A stretch of DNA of 64,000 bases, from contig JBDOIU010000005.1 of NCBI GenBank assembly GCA_047404195.1, positions 1,795 through 65,794 of the forward strand. Reading direction: 5' to 3'. This DNA is from Coxiellaceae bacterium (GTDB lineage Bacteria; Pseudomonadota; Gammaproteobacteria; JAJRRL01). The notes below the pieces were generated by a model. That model had not been told where the DNA came from. It saw only the letters and a program-made list of their open reading frames with translations, and did not search any database. This document shows, in pieces, positions 20,088 through 29,549 of this stretch. A program made the translations under genes and the position numbers. Position 1 is the first letter of the stretch. Every line of letters starts with the position of its first letter.

Positions 20088-20923
20088 AAAAGCTGATCTT
20101 GCGAAAAATGCACACATCACATGATGCCGTCGCAAAGTATACGCTACGTGATCGTGATGGCGCTGATGTTTTTTGTTTAAATGATTGTATTGGCAAGCAG
20201 CTGACTTTCCAGCATACTGGCGGTTTATTTTGTATTCAGTGTGACCGCTCGGTAAAAAAGCTTTTTCAGCAAGGTTATTGCTATCCTTGTTTTCAGCGAT
20301 TGCGCGAGTGCAATCTCTGCATTATTCATCCAGAACGTTGTTTGGTGATGACGGATCATCGTTGCTCTAAAGATGATTGGGCGCATAAGCATTGTCATGG
20401 TGAACATGTTGTCTATCTTTCCTATACGTCAAACCTGAAGGTTGGTGTGACTAGGCATACCAATGTGCCCAGTCGTTGGATAGATCAAGGTGCGGTATCT
20501 GCTGTACCGATATTTAGAACAGATAATCGCTATCTCGCTGGGCAGATGGAGGTTGTGCTGAAGCAATATGTGGCTGATAAGACTAACTGGCGTACAATGC
20601 TGAAAGGTTCGCCGGCATATCATGATTTACTACAAGATAAAGCGCGCCTCTTACAGCTGGCGCATGCGGATATCACTGCACTCATAGAGGCGTATGCTGA
20701 CCTCATTCAGCCTGTTGATGAGCAACCTTATGCTATTCAGTACCCCGTTGATACATATCCAACCAAGGTGAGTAGTTTATCTTTGGAAAAGACACCTGAA
20801 GTGTCTGGTTTGCTTGTTGGTTTGAAGGCACAATACTGTATATTTGAGCATGGTGTGATGAATGTTCGAAAATTTTCAGGCTATGAGGTCATGTTAAGTT
20901 GTGATGAGTCTGAGGCATCATGA
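20084..20923 (+). CDS. DUF2797-like protein with Cys-rich zinc-ribbon-like motifs
   Basis: Its ATG overlaps the rhodanese stop as ATGA. Cys pairs CxxC/CxxC (CLNDC..., CIQCD, CYPCF...CNLC). The size and Cys arrangement fit DUF2797. Confidence 0.55.
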   Translation: MKKLILRKMHTSHDAVAKYTLRDRDGADVFCLNDCIGKQLTFQHTGGLFCIQCDRSVKKLFQQGYCYPCFQRLRECNLCIIHPERCLVMTDHRCSKDDWAHKHCHGEHVVYLSYTSNLKVGVTRHTNVPSRWIDQGAVSAVPIFRTDNRYLAGQMEVVLKQYVADKTNWRTMLKGSPAYHDLLQDKARLLQLAHADITALIEAYADLIQPVDEQPYAIQYPVDTYPTKVSSLSLEKTPEVSGLLVGLKAQYCIFEHGVMNVRKFSGYEVMLSCDESEAS

Positions 20924-21144
20924 GTCAGACAATAATGAATGTGGGGTGTTCATAGTGTTCAGTCAGGTGGGCAAACACATTGTGCTGCCTAATTGGGGCA
21001 AGTGTTTTTCATTTTGGAACGCTTAAGCTGACGCAGTTTCATGTTACGCATAGCACCTCAACCAGCTCATTTTTACTTGACACTGCTGCAGCTCAGATTT
21101 GAGTTTTATAACATTATCCATACTGTATTGTTGCCAGTTGCAAG

Positions 21145-22674
21145 TTAGGCTGTAAAGCCATTTTTAATGAAATCTACTGCTAGCTTTTTGATTTGCTGTT
21201 TTAGGCTAGGCGGCATTCTGTCGAAGTTGGCATAGATCATGCGCATTCTGTGATTGGAGCGCAATGTTTCCTCATTGCGTGCTAGGAAGTCCCAATAGAG
21301 ATAATTGAATGGGCAAGCACTGGTACTGTCTTTTTCCTTTGGTTTGTAACGGCAGTTTTGACAGTAGTTAGACATTTTGTTGATATAGTTTGCGCTTGCG
21401 GCATAGGGTTTGCTACCGATGATGCCACCATCAGCAAAAATAGCCATGCCCGACACGTTTGGGAGCTCGACCCATTGGTATGCATCAGCATAGACAATCC
21501 AAAACCATTCATTGATGTCATTTGGGTGTATGCCTGCGAGCAATGCAAAGTTCCCTAAAATCATTAAGCGCTGAATATGATGTGCATAGGCATTTTTTTT
21601 GGTTTCTAAGACGCACTGCTTGATACAGTTCATGTCAGTTTCAGCGCTCCAGAAAAAATCAGGCAGTTTATTGTTGGCGTTGAGAAAGTTCAGTTGACTA
21701 TATTTCGGCATATTATGCCAGTAGATACCGCGAATGAATTCACGCCAACCAAGGATTTGACGTATAAAGCCTTCCACAGAGTTCAATGGTGCTAGGTCGG
21801 CATCATATGCATCCTCAGCTGCTTTAATACATTCTTCAGGCAGTATTAAGCCACAGTTGAGGTAAAGCGCAATATGCGAGTGGAACATCCATGCTTCACC
21901 CTCGATCATCGCATCTTGATAGTGACCAAATAGTGGTAGCCGTTCACTGATGAAATGTTTGAGTGCACGTAATGCTGATACGCGTGTGACTGCATAATGG
22001 AACGGTGCAATGTCGCCAAAGTGATTAGCAAAGCGTTCGTCAACCATTTTACTGACTGCTTGCGTGATGCTATCTGGTTTCACTTGAAATGGCGGTGGCA
22101 CTGCTAATCCTGACTTGGGTGGTTGTCTGTTGTCTTGGTCATAGTTCCATTTGCCACCAACTGGTTTATCATCTTCTAAGAGAATTTGATGTTTTTTTCT
22201 CATGACACGATAAAACATTTCCATGCGGTATTGTTTTTTGCCTTGCGCAAGTTCTGAGAACTCACTGCGGCTACATAGAAAACGTTCATCCGTATGCAGC
22301 ATACTCACGTGCTTGGATTGTTTGCACCATTGCTGTACTTTCTTCAATGTTGCATGGTTGCTTGGCTCAATGATGTGTGTCTGTGTGATTTTATTTTGTT
22401 GAATGCATTTTTCAATTTCAGTGATCAGGTCACCACTATTAGACTGGTCCTCGACGGCCACACTTATCACTTGGTAGCCTTTCTTAACCAGTCTTTCGGC
22501 AAAGTGACGCATGACAGATAACTGAAAAACCAGTTTCTTTTTGTGGTGCTTTACCATCAACATTTCAGTTGCAGTTTCAGCAATCAAGATTAGATCCTTT
22601 GCTTTGTTTGCATTCTTTAGAATGCTCAGTGATTCTGTGCACTGATCGTGCTGTATGACAACGAGCTCACTCAT
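21145..22674 (-). CDS. FeS-BCP type cryptochrome/photolyase-family protein (putative (6-4) photolyase with an iron-sulfur cluster)
   Basis: 509 aa. It has photolyase-family architecture and four conserved C-terminal cysteines (…NCIKQC…CPFNYLYWDF…CQNCRY). Its start overlaps the phr stop (ATGA). Confidence 0.7.
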   Translation of the reverse strand: MSELVVIQHDQCTESLSILKNANKAKDLILIAETATEMLMVKHHKKKLVFQLSVMRHFAERLVKKGYQVISVAVEDQSNSGDLITEIEKCIQQNKITQTHIIEPSNHATLKKVQQWCKQSKHVSMLHTDERFLCSRSEFSELAQGKKQYRMEMFYRVMRKKHQILLEDDKPVGGKWNYDQDNRQPPKSGLAVPPPFQVKPDSITQAVSKMVDERFANHFGDIAPFHYAVTRVSALRALKHFISERLPLFGHYQDAMIEGEAWMFHSHIALYLNCGLILPEECIKAAEDAYDADLAPLNSVEGFIRQILGWREFIRGIYWHNMPKYSQLNFLNANNKLPDFFWSAETDMNCIKQCVLETKKNAYAHHIQRLMILGNFALLAGIHPNDINEWFWIVYADAYQWVELPNVSGMAIFADGGIIGSKPYAASANYINKMSNYCQNCRYKPKEKDSTSACPFNYLYWDFLARNEETLRSNHRMRMIYANFDRMPPSLKQQIKKLAVDFIKNGFTA

Positions 22675-24092
22675 GCCGTGGCCTCTTTTAGTGTTTGCAG
22701 GGCTGCTAATGCTGCTTCACGTGATTGTTTGAGGTCTACAATAGGGTGGGGGTAGGTTTCACCCAGGGTGACGCCTGCATCTGCCAGTATATCCTCAGGC
22801 GCAGTCCATGGTGCGTAGAGGTATTTATCGGGTAATGCCGCTATTTCAGGTATATACTGCCTAATATACTCACCAGATGGATCGAATTTATCACCTTGGG
22901 TTACCGGGTTAAAGATACGAAAGTAGGGGGCAGCATCGGCACCACAACCTGCTACCCATTGCCAGCTGGCAGTATTACTTGCTAGGTCAGCATCAAATAA
23001 GCAGTCCCAGAACCAGGCAGCACCCAAACGCCAGTCTAGCAGGCAATTTTTCACAAGAAAAGAGCCGACAATCATACGCACACGGTTGTGCATATAACCC
23101 GTTTGCCATAGTTCACGCATGCCTGCGTCTACCATCGGTACACCTGTTTTGCCTCGTTGCCAGCATGCCAGCCTGGTATCATCCTTGATCCAAGGAAAAC
23201 GGTCAAACTTTTTCTGAATGTTGTCTTCAGTCATGGTGGGGTTGTAAAATAGCTGGCTATATGAGAACTCACGCCAACCCAGCTCACTGCAGAAATGATC
23301 AATATTGTTATCATCGCCAGTCCTTATTGCCTGATGCCACACTTGATGTGGTGATATCAAACCATGATGTAGGTACGGTGATAATCGTGATGTGTTATTT
23401 TGCGCTGGAAAGTTGCGTCCATTCTTGTAGTCCTTGACCCCATCATTGAGAAAGGCCTCACAGGCTGCTTGTGCACCTTGTTCTGTGATTTGCCATTGTT
23501 TAGGAAGCTGTACTGCCCACGCCTCATTTGGAATGAGCTTTAAACCATCAATCGTGTCACTGTCTGGGAGCGTACCCTGAAGATTTTTCAGACTGGAGCT
23601 ACCCAGAGGTTGTCTTGGTGGTGTTGATTTGAGGCAGCCACGTCGGTAGAAGGGTGTGAAAACCCGGTAGGGTGTACCATCATTTTTTTGAATTGTCCAT
23701 GGCTCCCAGAGTAAGCTGGCATTATAACTTTGTACATCAATACCAGCTGCTTCACATTGGGCCTTAATGTGTTTGTCTCGTTGGATACGCCATGGTTCAT
23801 AGCAACGATTCCAATGTATGTGTGTGATGTTATGTGACTGACAAATGTCTTGGATGATCTGAATGGCGTCTCCTTTATATATCGATAAGTTACCCTGGAG
23901 TGCTTTCTTTAATGCAGTCAGCGTATGATGGGTCCATACCAGGCTGGCAGCGCCTGCAATATACTCTCCGGCATTGATGTCATCGTGAATATAAATGACC
24001 GTTGTTTTGCCTGCTTCAAGTGCAGCAGTCAATGCTGGATTATCTGAGAGTCGACAGTCCTGTCTCAGCCAGACTAGATGATGTGCTGTCAT
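22671..24092 (-). CDS. phrB: Class I CPD deoxyribodipyrimidine photolyase
   Basis: HLVWLRQDCRLSDNPAL at the N-terminus and the FAD-binding block TASWQWVAGCGADAAPYFRIFNPVTQGDKFDP. Confidence 0.9.
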   Translation of the reverse strand: MTAHHLVWLRQDCRLSDNPALTAALEAGKTTVIYIHDDINAGEYIAGAASLVWTHHTLTALKKALQGNLSIYKGDAIQIIQDICQSHNITHIHWNRCYEPWRIQRDKHIKAQCEAAGIDVQSYNASLLWEPWTIQKNDGTPYRVFTPFYRRGCLKSTPPRQPLGSSSLKNLQGTLPDSDTIDGLKLIPNEAWAVQLPKQWQITEQGAQAACEAFLNDGVKDYKNGRNFPAQNNTSRLSPYLHHGLISPHQVWHQAIRTGDDNNIDHFCSELGWREFSYSQLFYNPTMTEDNIQKKFDRFPWIKDDTRLACWQRGKTGVPMVDAGMRELWQTGYMHNRVRMIVGSFLVKNCLLDWRLGAAWFWDCLFDADLASNTASWQWVAGCGADAAPYFRIFNPVTQGDKFDPSGEYIRQYIPEIAALPDKYLYAPWTAPEDILADAGVTLGETYPHPIVDLKQSREAALAALQTLKEATA

Positions 24093-25630
24093 AGTGGTAG
24101 TTCTCCTTGTTGTGGACCATTGTCCTGATTTTGATGCTGTTGCTTGCGTTTTGCTTTGCGCTTGCGGCTACCATGTTTTTGATAGACTTTACGCGCTTCG
24201 TCAACAAAACCAGCTTGCTTCCTTATTTGGTGACACTTATCCATGGCAATTTGTCTTGCATGCGTCTCGTCTACAATGGGCTGTGGGTAGTCGCTACCCA
24301 CGATATCATTGATTGCGGCAGGATTACTGAGAAAAGCAGCAGGTACACTTTTTAGCTCTGGAATCCATTGATGAATAAACTTTCCTTCAGGGTCTTGTTT
24401 TTCAAGCTGGGCTTTGGGACTATAAACACGGTTTGTATTAATGGCTGTTGTACCTGATTGCATTTGCGTTTGTGGGTAGTGAATACCAGGCTCATAATCA
24501 ATAAATAAGCTTGCTAGATGAGGTGCTGTGAACCGCCAGTCCAGCCATAGATGATAGCTGGCAACGCTCATTAACATCGCACGCATTCTAAAGTTAATCC
24601 AGCCTGTGCGTGACAAGCAACGCATACAGGCATCAACCATAGGCAACCCTGTTATGCCATTCTTCCAGGCAAGTAATCTATGCTCATCTGGTGTGCTTGG
24701 TCGAAGCCCATCATACATACTGTGCATATTATTAAACTCAATGCCAGGTTCATCCTCAAGTTTTTGCATAAAGTGACTACGCCAATGTAATCTTGAAGTG
24801 AATGCGTTCAGTGACCGTATATGTTTTTTGCCTACCCATGTATCAGGGTCTAGCTTGCTGATTTTGGTATCGCAAGCAAGCAGTACTTGTCGTGATGATA
24901 TTGTGCCAAAAGCAAGATGGGCGGATAGCCTGGAACAAGCTGTTCTAGCGCTCAGTGGTGACGATAGTCCACCAGAGTAGTTAATGCCACGCTTGTTTAA
25001 AAAGTCAAGCAGCGTCCTTCTTGCTGTTTGGCAGCCACCTCGCATATCGGCAACACAATGGTCTTCCACAGGTTTCAAGGCTTGCATCATTTCTAAGCCA
25101 TCATCTTGTATAATATGTGCGTTCAGTGCATCCGGAGCAGGTGTGATATCACCATAAAGCATTTTTTTAGCATTTCTTGCCCAGTGATCTCTATTATATG
25201 GACCACGAATAATGGCGCAACGAGGATACTCGTGCCAGTCAACATTGAGGGCCGCTAAGCACTTTTTTACGGCAATATCGCGTTGATATGTCCAGTTGTT
25301 CCATGTTTCTTCATGTGAGTACACAGCAGTGACACTATGTTCCTTGATAAGTCGGCTGATTATGTCACATGCATTACCATTAAAAATATGCAGTTTAGCC
25401 TGCTTTTGTGAAAGTTTTTCTTGCAATTCTGTCAGTGATTCAATTAGGAATCGATATTGTCGCAGGCTCATATCCGGTTGTTGCCAGAGAATTGGCTCAT
25501 TAATGTAAATCAGCAAGCAGGGCTGCTTGTTGGCACTGGCTTTGGTGAGTGGTAAATGGTCACTAATACGACAATCTCGCTTAAACCAAACCAAATTGAC
25601 ACTCAAGGGCAAATCTCCAGGCCTTCCCAA
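24089..25630 (-). CDS. Cry-DASH family cryptochrome/photolyase
   Basis: VWFKRDCRISDHLPL at the N-terminus, a FAD-binding domain with a DASH-type C-terminal extension, and a basic tail. It overlaps phrB by 4 nt. Confidence 0.8.
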   Translation of the reverse strand: MGRPGDLPLSVNLVWFKRDCRISDHLPLTKASANKQPCLLIYINEPILWQQPDMSLRQYRFLIESLTELQEKLSQKQAKLHIFNGNACDIISRLIKEHSVTAVYSHEETWNNWTYQRDIAVKKCLAALNVDWHEYPRCAIIRGPYNRDHWARNAKKMLYGDITPAPDALNAHIIQDDGLEMMQALKPVEDHCVADMRGGCQTARRTLLDFLNKRGINYSGGLSSPLSARTACSRLSAHLAFGTISSRQVLLACDTKISKLDPDTWVGKKHIRSLNAFTSRLHWRSHFMQKLEDEPGIEFNNMHSMYDGLRPSTPDEHRLLAWKNGITGLPMVDACMRCLSRTGWINFRMRAMLMSVASYHLWLDWRFTAPHLASLFIDYEPGIHYPQTQMQSGTTAINTNRVYSPKAQLEKQDPEGKFIHQWIPELKSVPAAFLSNPAAINDIVGSDYPQPIVDETHARQIAMDKCHQIRKQAGFVDEARKVYQKHGSRKRKAKRKQQHQNQDNGPQQGELPL

Positions 25631-26328
25631 TCAAAGCATTTTCCTGAGTAGCTCATATCAGCTTTTGTGATAACGTTATTAACAAGACATTGTGCTGCGT
25701 ACTCTGGTGTAAAAAGCTTATTCGGAGGTACACGGCTTTTAAATGGTTCTGAGAGATTGCTGTCTACTGTGCCTGGGTGCATGCCAATTGTAATTAGCCC
25801 TTTATGGGTTCTCTTAGTTTCAATGGCTAAATTACGTATCACCATATTGAGTGCAGTTTTTGCGGCGCGGTAAGCGTACCAGCCACCGAGCTGATTATCG
25901 CTGATGCTGCCCACGCGTGCTGATAGGGCTGCAAACAAGGATCGTTGTTGTTTGCATATGTGCGGAATAAAATATTTTGCGATCATTGCTGGTAGTACGC
26001 AGTTGGCTTGATACAGTGTATGAAATTTTTCTTCTGTCAGGTCTTTGATGGATTTTTCAGGCTGACAGGCCTCATTGTGAAGCATACCCGTGCATACAAT
26101 GACGCAGTCAATGGCTTGCTGCTCGGCGCGTCTTTCCGCAATGGATTCTAGCGTATCAAGGTTATTATAGTCGAGTGGATATTCATATTCTGATTCTGTT
26201 TCAATTTGGCTACTTATCTGCGTAATACTAGCAGACGCATTATGCATGCGAAGTGCTTCTGTCATAGCGTGGCCAATGGCACCAGAACTACCAACGATGA
26301 TAATATTTTCAAATTTTTGCTGAGTCAT
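25603..26328 (-). CDS. Short-chain dehydrogenase/reductase (SDR) family oxidoreductase
   Basis: TGSSGAIG-like glycine motif (IIVGSSGAIGHAM) and the YxxxK catalytic motif (YRAAKTALN). The ATG of MTQQKF overlaps the upstream gene's stop. Confidence 0.75.
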   Translation of the reverse strand: MTQQKFENIIIVGSSGAIGHAMTEALRMHNASASITQISSQIETESEYEYPLDYNNLDTLESIAERRAEQQAIDCVIVCTGMLHNEACQPEKSIKDLTEEKFHTLYQANCVLPAMIAKYFIPHICKQQRSLFAALSARVGSISDNQLGGWYAYRAAKTALNMVIRNLAIETKRTHKGLITIGMHPGTVDSNLSEPFKSRVPPNKLFTPEYAAQCLVNNVITKADMSYSGKCFDWEGLEICP

Positions 26329-27305
26329 AGTACTCTGTCCTCCATAAAACGGATACAAGCCTGTGCGCTGGTGAATGCTGCTTCTACAATACCGCGTATA
26401 CACCAATCACCACAGGCAATGGTGTTGTTTTTCTCATCGACAAGCATTTGATATTTTTTTTCACGTATGATGTTAGCATACAGCCATCGATGTACATCTG
26501 TGTGTTGACAATTTTGTTGGCTGACGCCTGTGACTTTTTCTAGTTCTGCCAACATGTGCTGGATAATCTCATTTTTGGGTTGCTCGATATTATGCTCTGC
26601 CCAGCGATTGGTTGCATGAACCAGTATTGACGGTGGATGGGTTCGAGCGGGCTTACGGTGATTCATTGAGATCCAGCTGATATCCATACCCGAGACCAGT
26701 GCTGCATCGAAGTCTACTTCTGGCTCTTGGTTATACCCGCACATCATTGAAAAGCACGGTGTCATTTTGACTGATTGCAGTTCGTCATGGAACGCGATGT
26801 GTTTTGGATATAAGTCTGCTGCTTGCGCTGGTGGGCTGGTGTTGATAAGCCAATCATAGGGGCCGTGCTTCTGTCCAGATTCGTCTGTCAGTATCCAGCC
26901 ACTATTCTGATCTAGGTGGGTGATTCTTGTGCGTGAAATAATATGACAGTCCTCTGCTAAGGCCTTAGCGAGTTGATTCATGCCAGGTACTGCTACATAA
27001 TGTGAAGGTGAGTCAGACCACTGATGTCTGCGCGCCACATTTCCAGCATTTATCTCTACAAAACGTGCATCCCAGCGCGCAATAATGCCTTGGCTAATAA
27101 GGGGTTGTAAGAATGCTTTGAATGCTGCTGTTTTTGCAGTAAAAAAAGGCGCGCCATGGTCAAATGCATATGGGTCAGCTCTGCGTGTTGCAAGACGCCC
27201 TCCAGGCCCTCTTGCTTTTTCAAACACAGTAACCGTTGCTTTTTTGCACAATTGATGTGCAACTGTTAGCCCAGTCATACCTGCGCCAATAACGGCTATC
27301 TGCAA
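26325..27305 (-). CDS. NAD(P)/FAD-dependent oxidoreductase (amine-oxidase/renalase-like)
   Basis: N-terminal dinucleotide-binding motif MQIAVIGAGMTGLTVAHQL and a length of 326 aa. Confidence 0.7.
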   Translation of the reverse strand: MQIAVIGAGMTGLTVAHQLCKKATVTVFEKARGPGGRLATRRADPYAFDHGAPFFTAKTAAFKAFLQPLISQGIIARWDARFVEINAGNVARRHQWSDSPSHYVAVPGMNQLAKALAEDCHIISRTRITHLDQNSGWILTDESGQKHGPYDWLINTSPPAQAADLYPKHIAFHDELQSVKMTPCFSMMCGYNQEPEVDFDAALVSGMDISWISMNHRKPARTHPPSILVHATNRWAEHNIEQPKNEIIQHMLAELEKVTGVSQQNCQHTDVHRWLYANIIREKKYQMLVDEKNNTIACGDWCIRGIVEAAFTSAQACIRFMEDRVL

Positions 27306-27306
27306 T

Positions 27307-27720
27307 TCAGCCTCCTGCGATCAGTAATGATGTGGCTACCCCAAGTGTGACAAGGCAGCGCAGTAGAAAATAGTCCCGCTTAATAGCCTTCTTCTTGTAC
27401 AGTGTAAGGTCGCAGCTGAGAAGAACACAAAAGAGTAGTGCTGCAACGTAGAAAAATGTTGACGCCGCTAGTGTGACTGAAAAAAGCCAAACTGCCAGCG
27501 CCACAAGATTAGATGTGATGAGCATTATCTTCAGGTAGGGTGTTTTATTGTTCAGGCAAATACCAAATAGGGAGCCTGAAATAAATGCAGCAATGACTAC
27601 AGTGTATTGTGTTAATAAATGAACAATAATAGATGTTTCCGGAAGTACAAACATTAAGATTGTTAAAATTAGAAATGGCAGCAGCCCAGACACGGTGAGG
27701 ACAGTGCGTAATATATTTGC
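27307..27720 (-). CDS. Small polytopic membrane protein (DUF3429-like), last gene of the photolyase cluster
   Basis: Four predicted TM helices. The likely start is MANILRTVLTV. The longer track ORF extends upstream with no support for the extension. Confidence 0.45.
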   Translation of the reverse strand, partial: ANILRTVLTVSGLLPFLILTILMFVLPETSIIVHLLTQYTVVIAAFISGSLFGICLNNKTPYLKIMLITSNLVALAVWLFSVTLAASTFFYVAALLFCVLLSCDLTLYKKKAIKRDYFLLRCLVTLGVATSLLIAGG

Positions 27721-27939
27721 CATAGGCACTCCATAAGAAAATTCATCACCATTATAACTCGATCTTAACCAGAGTGCGAATACACATCTCTGTTTTACCG
27801 TCGTGTTTGAAATATGTTTATACAGAATAAATACGGTGATCTGTTTTTGGTGCTGATCATATACTGCATATTTTGATGTCGTTGGTGTTTTTAAGACCAC
27901 TTCATCGGTGTAATTCGCTGTTTTGAGCAACCTAGCGAG

Positions 27940-29487
27940 GTGGATGGAGGTTTATTTGACATGTTGATGTGTTGTTTGAGTTATTGCTTATCGTTGGTGC
28001 TGGAGGTTTATGCGCATTCACTCTTGCTGCTGAGCTGTATCGTAGCCATTTTGATGTGTATTCTTGTTCTACGGTGGGTGCGTTTAAGTACTGTGTTATG
28101 GCTTTTGCTGGGTATCTTGCTAGGCTTATACCGTGTTTATCAGGTACGGCATACCTGGCAGCAGCAAAGAGATTCTTTTGTGCAGCAGCATGCCAATGGC
28201 ATTGTTTGTGGTCAAGTAGTATTTATCAAGCGGGATCAGTACCCTGTGCAGCAGTATGTGATAGCACTTGGCAGTAGACATATTGTGAGTATGCATCAAC
28301 CCCTACACATACTGGTACACCAATATCGGCTTACCCCTGTTCATCTCGCAGAGCACCTATGTTTGCAAGTACACCCATTGAAGTACCGTAGACACTTTCA
28401 ATCACCAGCTGCTACGCAAGGGCGTTTGATCGCAAACGGAGAGGTCGGTATTTATAGTGTCACAGCAGTTTTGTCACACCGTCCGGGCGTATTGACAGTC
28501 ATTGAAAGATTACGTGTGAGAATAAAAAATAGTTTGTCTTGGCATGCGCCAGCACATGTGCAGGCTTTTCTATATTCACTTGTATTGGGGGATCGGTCCC
28601 TGCTGGATAAAGCGGACTGGGCGGTATTCAGGCGGGCCGGCATTAGTCACTTGATTGCTATTTCTGGGCTTCACGTCTCCTTATTTGTGGCTTTTTGTTG
28701 GGGGCTTGTTTCCTGTGTACGGTTTGTTTATAGGCAAGTATATTTATATGTACCAAAACCGCAGCTGCAAGCGATCTCTGGCGTTGTGTTGTCACTGCTC
28801 TACCACACCATGATGCCTTTTGGAATGCCGATTGATAGGGCAGTTCTGATGATCCTAATCTGGTCATGTTTATCACTGTTTGGTATTGCTTGGCAAGCAT
28901 TAACCGTATTGCTGGTGTGTATTGTTTTCTTTTTATTGGTCAATCCATTTTACCTCTATTCTGTCAGTTTTGTATTATCATACTTTGCGGTTTTCTGGTT
29001 GCTACTGTATGCGCGAAGTTTTATGTATTCATCAAGTCCACTCAAATCATGGTTGTATGGGCAGGTTTGGATGGCGCTTGGTCTCATTCCCATATCTCTT
29101 TGGTATTTTAAACAATACCCCCTAATGGCTGTTATTTGCAATATAATAGCCATTCCATGGATTGCATTATGTATATTGCCATTGGCCCTCATTGCTGTCA
29201 TTTGTTCAGCGCTGTCATCTGGTTTAGGCCATATTGTCTCATCAGTCCTGGTGCAGCAATCAGCAAGATTTCTCGAGCTCATGCAGTGGTTCGGCATACA
29301 TCCGATTTGGGCAATGCGCGTCACATCATTTTCGCCACTGATTCTGGTGTTATACTACAGCGTTATATTAATGTTTGTATGCAATAAGAGAATAGGGGTT
29401 CAGCTTCAAGAGCAGCAATCGATAAAGTCAAGCTGTGACATGTTGAGTGTGCATCTATGTGCCAAGAAGAGGCCGCGTGATGATTAA
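27940..29487 (+). CDS. comEC: ComEC/Rec2 family DNA-internalisation channel protein (no metallo-beta-lactamase domain)
   Basis: Polytopic membrane protein with the competence motif ISHLIAISGLHVSLF. Confidence 0.8.
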   Translation: MDGGLFDMLMCCLSYCLSLVLEVYAHSLLLLSCIVAILMCILVLRWVRLSTVLWLLLGILLGLYRVYQVRHTWQQQRDSFVQQHANGIVCGQVVFIKRDQYPVQQYVIALGSRHIVSMHQPLHILVHQYRLTPVHLAEHLCLQVHPLKYRRHFQSPAATQGRLIANGEVGIYSVTAVLSHRPGVLTVIERLRVRIKNSLSWHAPAHVQAFLYSLVLGDRSLLDKADWAVFRRAGISHLIAISGLHVSLFVAFCWGLVSCVRFVYRQVYLYVPKPQLQAISGVVLSLLYHTMMPFGMPIDRAVLMILIWSCLSLFGIAWQALTVLLVCIVFFLLVNPFYLYSVSFVLSYFAVFWLLLYARSFMYSSSPLKSWLYGQVWMALGLIPISLWYFKQYPLMAVICNIIAIPWIALCILPLALIAVICSALSSGLGHIVSSVLVQQSARFLELMQWFGIHPIWAMRVTSFSPLILVLYYSVILMFVCNKRIGVQLQEQQSIKSSCDMLSVHLCAKKRPRDD

Positions 29488-29549
29488 AAGCCCATTTTAT
29501 GAGTGGATATTGGGCTGTCTCAGGGTAATTTTTGTAATATAGACATGAT

